In this document: positions 25,326-39,331 of the stretch, piece by piece
Layout: every line of letters starts with the position of its first letter
Position numbering within the stretch: position 1 is the first letter of the stretch
NCBI RefSeq assembly: GCF_947568905.1
Contig: NC_079165.1
Location: 3,720,001-3,784,000 of the forward strand
Reading direction: 5' to 3'
DNA from: Ostrea edulis
Taxonomy: Eukaryota
DNA length: 64,000 bases
The notes under the pieces: model-generated
Told to the model about the DNA's origin: nothing
The model's database searches: none
The model's input: the letters and a program-made list of their open reading frames with translations, nothing else
Program-made: the position numbers and the translations under genes

Positions 25326-25465
25326 CACCTATCGCCTGGATAGCTATATCGGAACTCCTCTGACACGAGACTGTCCAGCACGTGTAGGCGCCACCTATCG
25401 CCTAGATAGCTATATCGGAACTCCTCTGACACGAGACAGTCCAGCACGGTTATCCAGCACGGTTA
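25326..25465. repeat. 66-bp direct duplication
   Basis: cacctatcgcct(g/a)gatagctatatcggaactcctctgacacgagac(t/a)gtccagcacg at 25326 and 25392. Confidence 0.85.
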
Positions 25466-26077
25466 TTTGAATTCTAATCATGATATTATAGATAGATAAC
25501 AAATATTTGCAATGGACTATGTGTAAAGAAAACAATGTCATTACGAAAATGTGGTCCTGTCGAATGTTCTGTAAAATCCGACAAATGATTACCAAAAGTC
25601 AAAGATCTAGGAGAGGCTCATCGAATGTAAACGACCCAAATCTAAACATGAATAATAATCAAACATGTGAAATTATATCTGAAGTACCGAAAGACATGTC
25701 AAAATTGAAATGTTTTGGATCAGATTGAGAAAGAGCAGCTGAGGTTGTGCTATTGGTGACGTCATTCTTCACAGGATCAATAAGTAATTGACCGGAAACA
25801 TATTTTGCTTCCACCATTCCAATGGTCTCATCTTCCATGATGTACCGTATAGAGAACTTGCCCCTCATTTTTTATATACCCGAGGTTATACATGTATTCT
25901 GTATGGGAAACATATATGTACATGCTTTTCTAATGATGGTTGCATGCCAATATTATCTTTCAATTTCTTTCATTATTTAAAAAAAAACCTCGATAAAGGA
26001 GATTTTTCTGAAAGTCGTTTTACCGATAAGTTTCTGTGTAATTATCTAAAACTTTTACAAATCTATTATCAAGAACA

Positions 26078-26582
26078 TCATGTGTAAACCTCCGCGTGGT
26101 TTATTTTGACATGACATGTGTAAACCTCCGTGTGGTTTATTTTGACATGACATGTGTAAACCTCCGCGTGGTTTATTTTGACATGACATGTGTAAACCTC
26201 CGCGTGGTTTATTTTGACATGACATGTGTAAACCTCCGTGTGGTTTATTTTGACATGACATGTGTAAACCTCCGTGTGGTTTATTTTGACATGACATGTG
26301 TAAACCTCTGTGTGGTTTATTTTGACATGACATGTGTAAACCTCCGCGTGGTTTATTTTGACATGACATGTGTAAACCTCTGTGTGGTTTATTTTGATAT
26401 GACATGTGTAAACCTCTGTGTGGTTTATTTTGACATGACATGTGTAAACCTCCGCGTGGTTTATTTTGACATGACATGTGTAAACCTCCGCGTGGTTTAT
26501 TTTGACATGACATGTGTAAACCCCCGCGTGGTTTATTTTGACATGACATGTGTAAACCTCCGCGTGGTTTATTTTGACATGT
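26078..26582. repeat. 36-bp minisatellite, about 14 copies
   Basis: Unit tgtgtaaacctccgcgtggtttattttgacatgaca; variants are mostly CpG-to-TpG. Confidence 0.95.
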
Positions 26583-26699
26583 GTACGGATCAATGACATC
26601 TGTCTCATTCATTTGAAGACAGATACATTGTATGATCAACTTTTTTTTAAAAAAAAAAAGGCCACTCGATCAAAACAGAACCCGCTTTTATGGAACATC

Positions 26700-27092
26700 T
26701 ATGGTGTCCGGATAGGACCATTTGCAAAAGCGTGACTGCGCGTTAGTCACAACACGCCGTCACGCCAACAAGCAACGCGCCTTCGCGCAGACAAGCAACG
26801 CGCCTTCGCGCTCTCACGACAACAAGCAACGCGCCTTCGCGCTCTCACGACAACAGGTAACGCGCCTTCGCGCAGACAAGCAACGCGCCATCACACCGTC
26901 ACGCCAACAAGCAACATGGCGCGAAGGCGTATTGCTTGTTGGCGTGACGGTGCGAAGGCGCGTTGCTTGTCTGCGCGAAGGCGCGTTGCTTGTTGGCGTG
27001 AGAGTGCGGCGGTGCGTTGCTTGTTGGCGTGATGGCGTGTTGTGACTGACGCGCAGTCACACTTTTGCAAATGGCCCTATCCGGACACCGTA
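26700..27092. mobile_element. GC-rich foldback element with long TIRs and internal short repeats, TA-flanked
   Basis: ta-tggtgtccggataggaccatttgcaaaagcgtgactgcgcg.. mirrors ..cgcgcagtcacacttttgcaaatggccctatccggacaccg-ta; arms are built of acaagcaacgcgccttcgc units. Confidence 0.85.
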
Positions 27093-27221
27093 CACATCGT
27101 ATTGATACATTCAATATTTGTTTTGGCTGTACCTATTTTTAAATCTTTGAACCCATCTTTAATTTTATCAAAGAAAGATGAAAATGAATTGAAGGCAGAA
27201 GGTGCCCAGAACCCACTACTA

Positions 27222-27385
27222 TACAAGGGTGGATCCAGAAAAAAATAAAAAAGGTGTGCGACCTAAGTTTGTACCTAGGAGGGAGAGTTACACAGACAAA
27301 AACTGACCATTTTTGTGAAGAACGTCCAACCAAATTGGGGGGGGGGGGGTGCATCCCCCGTAACGCCACTCTGGATCCGCCCCTG
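27222..27385. mobile_element. Short MITE with agggtggatccag / ctggatccgcccctg termini
   Basis: Inverted termini visible; related degraded ends near 20605 and 22455. Confidence 0.55.
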
Positions 27386-27719
27386 CATTGAAACAGTCGC
27401 GGACTGATACAGTAGGACCTTAGGAAAATACACTTACCCTTACCTGTAATTCTGGAAACCTGTCTGTCAGACAATTTGTATACCTATCATAATTCTGTTC
27501 TAAAATACATGACTCTTTCCTGTGCGATGCACCGATGTTTTAAACTTTGAAAGCATATAACATAATTCCCCAACTCACAATCCATCGTGTATATATTTAT
27601 CACTACATACATGTATAAGCCACGGAAAATAAAGCATTAATTCTTATGTATAATACACCTCACAGTCACTCTATATTGTATATAACACAATTTCCGATTG
27701 TCTGTGTAACACCGATCCC

Positions 27720-30525
27720 TGTAGCATAAATTTAATAACCACTCCCTATCATATGAATGTAATAACCGCTCCCTATTATACAAGTTTAAAAACCACTCCC
27801 TACTATATCAGTATTGAATATGATAAACACTCCCTATTGTATAAATATAATAACCACTCCCTATTGTATAAATATAACACCACTCCCTATTGAATAAATA
27901 TAACCACTCCCTATTGTATAGATATGATAAACACTCCCTACTGTATAAATAGAATACCCCTCCCTATTGTATAAGTATAAACCACTCCCTATTGTAAAAA
28001 TATAGCACCACTCCTTTTTGTATAAATATAGCACCATTCCCATTGTATAAATATAGCAACATCCATATTGTATAAATATAACACCACACCCTATTGTATA
28101 AATATACCACTCCCTATTGTACAAATATACCACTTCCAACTGTATAAATATAATATCACTCTCTATTGTATAATTATAGCAGTACTCCATATTGAATGAA
28201 TATAATAACCATTCTCTATTGTATAAATATAATATCACTCTCTATTGTATAATTATAGCAGCACTCCCTATTGAATGAATATAATAACCATTCTCTATTG
28301 CATACATATAATAACCACTCCCTGTTATGTATATATAACATTACTCCCCATTGTATGTATAACATCACTCCCTATTGTAAATATAACATCACTCCCTATT
28401 GTATATATAACATCATCCCCTATTGTATGTATATATATAACATCACTCTCTATTGTAAATAGAACATCACTCCCTATTGTATATATATAAAACATCACTC
28501 CCTATTGTAAATATAACATTACTCCCTATTGTATATATAACATCACTCCTTATTGTATATAACATCACTCCCTATTGTATATATAACATCACTCCCTATT
28601 GTATATATAACATTACTCCCTATTGTGTATATATAACATCACTCCCTATTGCAGATATAACACCACTCCCTATTGTATATATAACACCATTCCCTATTGT
28701 ATATATAACATCACTCCCTATTGTATATATAACACCACTCCCTATTGTATATATATAACATAACTCCCTATTGTATATATAACATCACTCCCTATTGTAT
28801 ATATATAACACCACTTCCTATTGTATACATAACACCACTCCCTATTGTATATATAACATCACTCCCTATTATATATATAACACCACTCCCTATTGTATAT
28901 ATAACATTACTCCCCATTGTATATATAACACCACTCCCTATTGTATACATAACACCACTCCCTATTGTATATATAACATCACTCCCTATTGTATATATAA
29001 CACCACTCCCTATTGTATATATAACATCACCCTCTATTGTATATATATAACTTAACTCCCTATTGTGTATATATAACATCACTCCTTATTGTATATAACA
29101 TCACTCCCTATTGTATATATAACATCACTCCCTATTGTATATATAACATTACTCCCTATTGTGTATATATAACATCACTCCCTATTGCAGATATAACACC
29201 ACTCCCTATTGTATATATAACACCATTCCCTATTGTATATATAACACCACTCCCTATTGTATATATAACATAACTCCCTATTGTATATATAACACCACTC
29301 CCTATTGTATATATAACATTACTCCCTATTGTATATATAACATCACCCTCTATTGTATATATATAACTTAACTCCCTATTGTGTATATATAACATCACTC
29401 CCTATTGTATATATAACACCACTCCCTATTGTATATATAACATGACTCCCTATTGTATCTATAACATCACCCTCTATTGTATATATAACATCACTCCCTA
29501 TTGGATATATAACATCACCCTCTATTGTATATATATAACAAAACTCCCTATTGTGTATATAACATCACCCTCTATTGTATATAAAACATCACTCGCTATT
29601 GTATATATAACACAACTCCCTATTGTATATATAACATCACTCCCTATTGTATATATAACATCACTTCCTACTGTATATATAACATCACTCCCTATTGTAA
29701 ATATACCATCACTCCCTATTGTATATATAACATCATCCCCTATTGTATATATAACATCACTCCCTATTGTATATATAACATCACTCCCTATTGTATATAT
29801 AACACCACTCCATATTGTAAATATAACATCACTCCCTATTGTATATATAACATCATCCCCTATTGTATATATAACATCACTCCCTATTGTATATATAACA
29901 TCACTCCCTATTGTATATATAACACAACTCCCTATTGTATATAACATCACTCCCTATTGTATATATAACATTACTCCCTATTGTATATATAACATCACTC
30001 CCTATTGTATATATAACACCACTCCCTATTGTATATATATATAACATAACTCCCTATTGTATATATAACATAACTCCCTATTGTATATATAACATCACTC
30101 CCTATTGTATATATAACATCACTCCGTATTGTATATATAACATCACTCCCTATTGTATATATAACATCATCCCCTATTGTATATATAACATCACTCCCTA
30201 TTGTATATATAACATCACTCCCTATTGTATATATAACATCACTCCCTATTGTATATATAACATTACTCCTTATTGTATATATAACATAACTCCCTATTGT
30301 ATATATAACATCACTCCCTATTGTATATATAATATCACTCTCTATTGTATATATAACATCACTCCCTATTGTATATATAACATCACCCTCTATTGTATAT
30401 ATAACATCACTCCCTATTGTATATATAACACCACTCTCTATTGTATATATAACATCACTTCCTATTGTATATATATAACATCACTTCCTATTGTATATAT
30501 AACATTACTCCCTATTGTATATGAC
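27720..30525. repeat. ~24-bp minisatellite, about 2.8 kb
   Basis: Unit atatataacatcactccctattgt; degenerate at the 5' end, homogeneous at the 3' end. Confidence 0.95.
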
Positions 30526-31059
30526 ATAACACCTCATGTCGTACATTTTCTACCCGTGCCTAACTTTTGTATCACTTCTTTGTGTGGTCTAACGAAGTCT
30601 TTGTCAAACTGATTTCTCTTCAATTGTTTGTAAAAAGAAAACAAGTGGCACCTGCTTGATTTGATTCCTTGTAACAAAAATATTGATCCGAATCATTCAA
30701 ACTCGGTGAAGAAATGACTGTAGTGCGATACGCTAGATGCTTTCATCGGAAACCTTTGATCTCTGACACTGTAAAAGTTGGTCACCGTCCGTCTTTTCAT
30801 ACATCGATTGGTCAAGATATCAATCAGAGTCGACAAATATTGGACTTGACATAAAATAATAAATGATCACCAGATCTCCGTTCATTATACACGTTGACTC
30901 AATCAATGCCATGGATTGATGGAATTTCCGGAGGGAGTTTGTATAATTTCACTCCGTCCGTGACGAATAGGGTTTTAGGACTGGGATATCAAAGCATGGG
31001 GGCGGAGTTAATAGCTCGTGAAATATTGAAAACCAATAATCTTTCAGTAGTGATACTCA

Positions 31060-31185
31060 CTCCTCCTAGGCATCTGATCCCACCTCTGGTATGTCCAGGG
31101 ATCCGTTTTTGCCCAACTCTTTATTTTGTATTCCTTATATAGGAGTTATGAAATTAATCAATGTTCATTATCTTCACCTTTCATA
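31060..31185 (+). mobile_element. Penelope-like terminal fragment
   Basis: actcctcctaggcatctgatcccacctctggtatgtccaggg..ataggagttatgaaatt..tatcttcacctttcat. Confidence 0.75.
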
Positions 31186-31301
31186 CAACAATTAGATCGC
31201 ATATCAATTTTCCAAGAAATGGTTTGATTGCATTTTTCTGTATCAGTTTTTATACAGCAGATTACAATAAATATATTACGCATCTAAATTGATAATCATT
31301 G

Positions 31302-31564
31302 TTTTTATGCCCCCGGAATCAAAGATTCGGGGGTATATAGCTTTTGTGTGTCCTTCTGTCTATCTGTGACAGAAATATTTAACCAAAAATTTTAACCTTG
31401 GTCATATCTTTTACACCATAACAGGTAGAGAATTCATATTTGGTGAGTGTATTTCTTGCAAGACCTTTCCATCAGCACCAAAATATTTGACCTTAAAAAA
31501 TTAAACTTAACCTTTGACCTGCTTCCACGTTGTTGTAATCAGTGTTTCACAAGCACACCTTGTT
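31302..31564 (+). mobile_element. Short Helentron-type element
   Basis: tttttatgcccccgg..cggggg 5' hairpin, (tctg)-like microsatellite, 3' gtgtttcacaagcacaccttgt; same ends as 53107-54488. Confidence 0.75.
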
Positions 31565-31941
31565 TTGTATTCAGTGGTTTTACAATAAAAAAAAAAAATT
31601 GATATTTGGTGTATGTATGGTCCCAGAACTACGGCACATCACAGAAGATGGACAGAGACAAGAAAAATGGGTTTTGCTATCTAATTACGTCATATAAGTG
31701 TTTTAAATCTAAATGTGAGACAAGCCTTTGGATACACATGTAAACAGTTTATGTGAGACAGTCTTTATTAAATCTAAAAGGCGAAGAAACAGTCACAATC
31801 TACCGATATATGTTAAACGTCCTGGGCTTGCCGCTATGATCGAGAATCGAACCCGAAACCTCCCACTTGCGAGGCGAGCGTCCTAATCAGATCAAATGTA
31901 ACCCTTTAAAGCATATATCATATGAAATAAACATGGGCATA

Positions 31942-34900
31942 ACTATACCACGTACTATATCACGTAACTATATCACGTACTATATCACGTAACTATATCA
32001 CGTACTATATCATGTAACTATATCACGTAACTATATCACGTAACTATATCACGTACTATATCACGTAACTATATCACGTACTATATCACGTAACTATATC
32101 ACGTACTATATCACGTAACTATATCACGTAACTATATCACGTAACTATATCACGTACTATATCACGTAAATATATCACGTACTATATCATGTAACTATAT
32201 CACGTACTATATCACATAACTATATCACGTAACTATATCACGTACTATATCACGTAACTATATCATGTAACTATATCACGTACTATATCACGTACTATAT
32301 CACGTACTATACCACATAACTATATCACGTACTATATCACGTAACTATATCACGTACTATATCAAATAACTATATCATGTAACTATATCACGAACTATAT
32401 CACGTAACTATATCACGTAACTATATCACGTAACTATATCACGTACTATATCACATAACTATATCACGTACTATATCACATAACTATATCACGTACTATA
32501 TCACATAACTATATCACGTACTATATCACGTAACTATATCATGTAACTATATCACGTACTATATCACATAACTATATCACGTAACTATATCACGTAACTA
32601 TATCACGTAACTATATCACGTACTATATCACGTAACTATATCACGTAACTATATCACGTAACTATATCACGTACTATATCACGTAACTATATCACGTACT
32701 ATATCATGTAACTATATCACGTACTATATCACATAACTATATCACGTACTATATCACATAACTATATCACGTACTATATCACGTAACTATATCATGTAAC
32801 TATATCACGTACTATATCACATAACTATATCACGTAACTATATCACGTAACTATATCACGTACTATATCACGTAACTATATCACGTAACTATATCACGTA
32901 ACTATATCACGTACTATATCATGTAACTATATCACGTAACTATATCATGTAACTATATCACGTAAGTATATCACGTAACTATATCACGTAACTATATCAC
33001 GTAACTATATCATGTACTATATCACGTAACTATATCACGTAACTATATCACGTACTATATCACGTAAATATATCACGTACTATATCACGTAACTATATCA
33101 CGTAACTATATCACGTAACTATATCACGTACTATATCACATAACTATATCACGTACTATATCACGTAACTATATCACGTACTATATCACGTAAATATATC
33201 ACGTACTATATCATGTAACTATATCACGTACTATATCACATAACTATATCACGTAACTATATCACGTAACTATATCACGTAACTATATCACGTACTATAT
33301 CACGTAACTATATCACGTAACTATATCACGTAACTATATCACGTACTATATCACGTAACTATATCACGTAACTATATCACGTAACTATATCACGTACTAT
33401 ATCATGTAACTATATCACGTAACTATATCATGTAACTATATCACGTAAGTATATCACGTAACTATATCACGTAACTATATCACGTAACTATATCATGTAC
33501 TATATCACGTAACTATATCACGTACTATATCATGTAACTATATCACGTACTATATCATGTAACTATATCACGTACTATGTCACGTAACTATATCACGTTA
33601 ACTATATCATGCACTATATCACGTAACTATATCACGTAACTATATCACGTACTATATCACGTAACTATATCACGTAACTATATCACGTACTATACCACAT
33701 AACTATATCACGTAACTATATCACGTAACTATACCACGTACTATATCACGTAACTATATCACATAACTATATCACGTAACTATATCACGTACTATACCAC
33801 ATAACTATATCACGTAACTATATCACGTAACTATACCACGTACTATATCACGTAACTATATCACATAACTATATCACGTAACTATATCACGTACAATACC
33901 ACGTAACTATATCACGTAACTATATCATGTAACTATATCACATAACTATATCACGTACTATATCATGTAACTATATCATGTAACTATATCACATAACTAT
34001 ATCACGTAACTATATCATGTACTATATCATGTAACTATATCATGTAACTATATCACATAACTATATCACGTACTATATCACGTAACTATATCACGTAACT
34101 ATATCACGTAACTATATCACGTAACTATATCACGTAACTATATCATGTAACTATATCATGTACTATATCACGTAACTATATCACGTACTATACCACGTAA
34201 CTATATCACGTACTATATCACGTAACTATATCACGTACTATATCACGTACTATATCACGTACTATATCACGTAACTATATCATGTAACTATATCACGTAA
34301 CTATATCATGTAACTATATCACGTACTATATCACGTACTATATCACGTAACTATATCACGTAACTATATCACGTAACTATATCACGTACTATATCACGTA
34401 ACTATATCATGCACTATATCACGTACTATATCATGTAACTATATCACGTACTATATCACATAACTATATCACGTACTATATCACGTAACTATATCACGTA
34501 ACTATATCACGTAACTATATCACGTACTATATCACGTAACTATATCACGTACTATATCACGTAACAATATCACGTACTATATCACGTAGCTATATCACGT
34601 AACTATATCACGTAACTATATCACGTAACTATATCACGTAACTATATCACGTAACTATATCACGTACTATATCACGTAACTATATCACGTACTATATCAC
34701 GTACTATACCACATAACTATATCACGTACTATATCACATAACTATATCACGTAACTATATCACGTACTATATCACGCAACTATATCACGTAACTATATCA
34801 CGTAACTATATCACGTACTATATCACGTAACTATATCATGCACTATATCATGTAACTATATCACGTAACTATATCACGTAACTATATCACGTAACTATAT

Positions 34901-35260
34901 CACGTAACTATATCACGTAACTATATCACGTAACTATATCACGTAACTATATCACGTAACTATATCACGTACTATATCACGTAACTATATCATGCACTAT
35001 ATCATGCACTATATCACGTAACTATATCACGTACTATATCACATAACTATATCACGTAACTATATCACGTACTATATCACGCAACTATATCACGTAACTA
35101 TATCACGTAACTATATTACGTAACTATATCATGCACTATATCACGTAACTATATCACGTACTATATCACTTAACTATATCACGTACTATATCACGTAACT
35201 ATATCACGTACTATATCACGTACTATACCACGTAACTATATCATGCACTATATCACGTAC
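31942..35260. repeat. 13/12-bp satellite, about 3.3 kb
   Basis: Units tatatcacgtaac and tatatcacgtac interspersed; variants catgt and cacat. Confidence 0.97.
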
Positions 35261-38086
35261 TAATGGTTGATCAAGGCTCACTGTTAACTTCAATTTTGCT
35301 TTCTCTAGTTTTACAAGTTAAGATAAATAAGTGATTTAAGTACAATTATTAGTTTTTGTTTTACAAACAAAACAAGTTTTATTGTTAAAGATTCTTGCAA
35401 GTTTCTTGCAAACAATTTTTATTGTAAAAGGTTCCTGCAAACATTTTGAAATGGTTAAAGATTCTTGCAAACATTTCTTATTCTTGGAAATTGAGGCAGG
35501 GTTTCCTGCAGTCTTCCTGCAAATAAACAAGTTTTTGCAAATTTGAAGCAAGCCTGCGGCAAAAAAGCTGCAATTATGTTTACAGAAAGATTGTAGCTAG
35601 CTGCGAACACTTGGGAACATGGATTCTTTTCTTTTTTTCTGCAAACAAATTTGTTTGCTGCAGGTTTGCAGCAAGTCTGCTGCAACCGCAGCAGTTCTGT
35701 AAAGGTAGGTACTATTGTATGTACATCTACATGTAATTGTAAAACGATTGGGTGAATCTGATCTTTAGTGAAACAAATCTTTGTAAGAAATCATTTTATT
35801 TGAGACAAATATTTGGGAAACAATTTTTATATACCGATTGTTAGACCATTCTTGGCACACTGATTTTGACTACGGATAACACCGTTTACTGTTCGTAATT
35901 TTCGCCTTTCATATGAGATAACTATTTTCCCGAGACTGTTTTTTTTAGTACAATCATTTAACCTGATATGGGTCTACAGTAAAACAGGTAACCATATCGT
36001 GTGAGGTAGGTCTAATTCGTGTTCAGTTAATTATGACTTTGGATGCACCATTTTCTTTTGATTTTACCATTGCACCAGATACATAGCTTTGGATTTAACC
36101 ATTGCAGATACCACGTGTCTTTGGGTGTAATCGTTTTACAAGATAGATGTTTGGGTCACTGGAGTTACCATTTGGAATTTAGCATACAAGGTCAAAAAAT
36201 TAATCTAATGGTGTACTTTTTGGGAATTAGGTACGAGAAAAGATTTGCAAAAATAATGGAATTCTAAAATTAATTTGCTTTGTCAAAATGAATTCTAAGA
36301 CCAAGCCATACACAGACTTTTCTTAAATTGTCAGCTCTGTAATGGAAAGACGAAAGAAATTAAAACTCGCAATTAAAACCAAGATATGTTATTAATAAAC
36401 AGTGCGAGATGAAACACTACCAATGAAGTGGGTGTAGATAAAGGCCAATGGAGATAAATAAAAGCATTTTTGTGGGTCATGACTATATATACCATGAATA
36501 AGGTACAACTGTCTTCACCAATATATATATATACAAACTACGACCTGCTTTGGTCCCCATCATACAATTATAATCACATGATGCAAACAACCTAGATATT
36601 TATCTCCGAAATATTAATAAAGAAATGTTGGATTTTCTTCACTGATAAAAATGTAAATATAAGAGTTGATTACATTGAAAAAATACCCAAGTGATGTGCA
36701 TACAAATAGTTGTTCTCAGCACATTGTAAGTGTGTGAATCACATTTCCTTCAATATGTAGCTAATCCCAATGTACAAATAATGCTATAAAATTCTTCCTT
36801 TGCCTTTTGTTTCTTATTTTGTGCATTTTACGATAAAACCCTAGGCTTCCCCTCTCGGTTTGCAGGCTGGCTTAACTCAATGTTTATCAGGGTTCACATA
36901 CCCCTCCCCTAGCTCATATTTCAAAACATTCTGGATCTAAAGAAGAGAGCTGCAGTACATGTTGTAGTGACTACAGTGCTAGTTATAGTACATGAAGTTG
37001 TAATGGTAAGAGTACTCATTGTCCTGGGAGAAGTACTAGTTGTAGTTGTGGTAGTAGTATTAGTATTAGAGTCATTACAATGACTGCTGCCATTTCTACC
37101 ACCACTACAACTAGAATGACTTGATTGCTGCAAATTGCCTTTTTGCCAAATTTTAAGCAATTTTGTCATGGCAGTTTCTAAAAAATTTCCTAATAGTTTT
37201 CATTCCAACTGCAAATAATCTACAAATGTTCAGTATTTTTATTGTAAAACTTCATATCAATGGTTGACATAAAAGAACAAAATAACTATTCCATGAAAAC
37301 AGATACAACCTTGATCTATAAAACATTTTCTTTCAGTCTACTTAAAATTACTGCTGAAAAAATTAATATACTACTAAAGCTTTAAATTTTACATAGTAAT
37401 TATATAAAGAGGTTACAATATCTTTAGACAATATTGTTAATTGTGAAGAATATTGATTCCTTTATTAATATATTTTAACATTTTGGGGGTCATAAATAAT
37501 GAGTCAAAGTTAATCACATGATTTTTGCCACCACAATAGGTTCCTCTCACTCCTCTGACTATACTGTTTAATATATGTAATGTACATGTATGCCCATGAC
37601 TGATTGGTAATGGCTAAAAATAAACAAAAGTTGCCTATAAAATCATGTTAATATTACATGCATATGATGCACATGAGTATCAATGCTTGCGAGTGAAACT
37701 GTGTATACATATATCATATGTATTATGTCAGCCTTGAAACATTGTCACAAACCATGCCTATTGTCTCCCTTCGTGCTACGAGGTAGGGTAGGTACCCAGA
37801 CTCAGTAACCGTTGCTAGCAATTAGAAGTACAGTTCTATATCTCTTCTAATTACCACAATACATTTATGCATATAAAGGATTTATCATATACTGGTAGAT
37901 TAAATGAATGAAATGTCAAAACAATTTAATTGCCTGCAAATATTTTGTCATTGGTTACATGAATTTAATCATGATAATGCTATACAATAAAAATTACTGG
38001 TACCAACTGTAAATGCCATGTAATCATGTTCATAATTAAAAACTGAAAGCATGTTTAAGATAAGCAAAGTTTAATCAATGCAGTAT

Positions 38087-38794
38087 TCACAGGCCATCTA
38101 ATGGTGGTCCCTTATACTCCGATGTGTCGCACCAAAAGTTCCCAGGTTCATCAATTTCACACAGCCACTCGATGGAGGAATCATTCGATATCTCATTTTC
38201 CTCCAAAAGCACATAATACTGACATGTTCTGGTCATCGTTTCGTAGTCATATGGTGGGGCCAAAATGTCCAAAAAGGCTGCCAGATCGCCCACGGCACTG
38301 ATTTCGTGAAAGTTCCCCGACTCTGGAGTCAGAACACAACATTCATCTTCCTCCGACAAGCATATGCTGTCCTTTCTACGAACCGGGAGTAAATTTTCTT
38401 TGGATGCAGACAGTGTGCTCTTTTTCCTCAGTATATCTTCCTCCGACATAGCCGCTCGACTGTAGCTGTTCACTTTCATTTCTCCATAAATAGGTTTACA
38501 CAAACCATACATCCCGGGGTGGTCATGGAGGGGCAACTTAGCACCCCTCCTCATCACGAATATTCCAACACTCATTACTCTGTCTTCGTATAACTTGACG
38601 TATGAAACAGGCGCTTGAAAGGGAGTGACTCCTCTCCGAAACACGGAAGGCTCAAAGTTGACGTCAGCCATTCGTATTTGATTTAACAATGATTTGATTG
38701 GCAACAGTGATTCTGTGTCGAAAGTCACACCCTTAGATAACTTAGAAAATATCGAATGCGCAGTTTTTAAAACTTTCTGTATTGGGAATGTCAT
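38087..38794 (-). CDS. ADO: 2-aminoethanethiol (cysteamine) dioxygenase, 235 aa, intronless CDS
   Basis: Cupin metal-binding LPLHDHPGMYG, then FHEISA, FLDILAPPYD and C-terminal FWCDTSEYKGP, typical of the ADO/plant cysteine oxidase family. Confidence 0.93.
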   Translation of the reverse strand: MTFPIQKVLKTAHSIFSKLSKGVTFDTESLLPIKSLLNQIRMADVNFEPSVFRRGVTPFQAPVSYVKLYEDRVMSVGIFVMRRGAKLPLHDHPGMYGLCKPIYGEMKVNSYSRAAMSEEDILRKKSTLSASKENLLPVRRKDSICLSEEDECCVLTPESGNFHEISAVGDLAAFLDILAPPYDYETMTRTCQYYVLLEENEISNDSSIEWLCEIDEPGNFWCDTSEYKGPPLDGL

Positions 38795-39331
38795 GATGAC
38801 GCCGCGCTGGATATCAACTTATCAAGTTCCCACACGGAGTCTGGAAAGACACGAGAAGGAAACCAAACCGAAACTACAACACAATAAATATTAAACCGTA
38901 CTTAAATATTTCTTTCAGACCATCTCCTTTATTCAACGTTGAAAAGGCTCTAAAGTGTCGTTTTTAAAGGTCTTTATATAAACACAATACATGCTTATGA
39001 TTATGATATATCTCAAAACATAGTTTTACTCTAATATGAAAAATATAAAAGAAGTTGAAACAGTTAAGGGTTGAATTAACAAATACTATAGTCTGTTAAA
39101 CGTTTGAAAATATACATTTTACCCTTGCACTTTCAAGAAATGATTTACATTGAGTGTATACAATACGTTGTGCAATATAACATGAGAAGTACATAGAACT
39201 ATAATTCTGGTGATAAATTGTGTAGGAGGAAGTTTCGGCAACAGAGACTGCTGACATTTGACCCGAAATTGTTAGTCCGTTGTCGGAAGAAGTTTCGATA
39301 ACGGTTCAACTGTTGAAGTTCCTTGCAGAAA
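38795..39331. promoter_or_regulatory. Putative bidirectional promoter between ADO and FBXL6
   Basis: Divergent ATGs 537 bp apart; several GGAAG(T) ETS-like motifs at 39225-39300. Function inferred. Confidence 0.55.

Noticed and set aside
26055-30612. Repetitive ORFs (CQNKPRGGLHMS, YNITPYCI, ITSLPIVY and similar)
   Set aside because: Translations of the 36-bp and 24-bp minisatellites in several frames and on both strands.
3165-31185. Hammerhead ribozymes in the Penelope terminal repeats
   Set aside because: No CTGANGA...GAAA core with compatible stems was found by eye on either strand; a covariance-model search would be needed to exclude them fully.
26078-35260. Regular arrays as possible CRISPR
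   Set aside because: Units are contiguous with no unique spacers, there are no cas genes, and the DNA is eukaryotic.
35300-35705. ORFs and ctgcaa-rich repeats next to the 13-bp array
   Set aside because: Looks like a degenerate transposon subterminal region; no partner end or TSD was found, so it was not called.
36921-37169. 82-aa Thr/Ser-rich minus-strand ORF downstream of ADO
   Set aside because: Low-complexity (gta/gtt)n-derived sequence, probably in or near the ADO 3' UTR; no recognisable domain or splice context.
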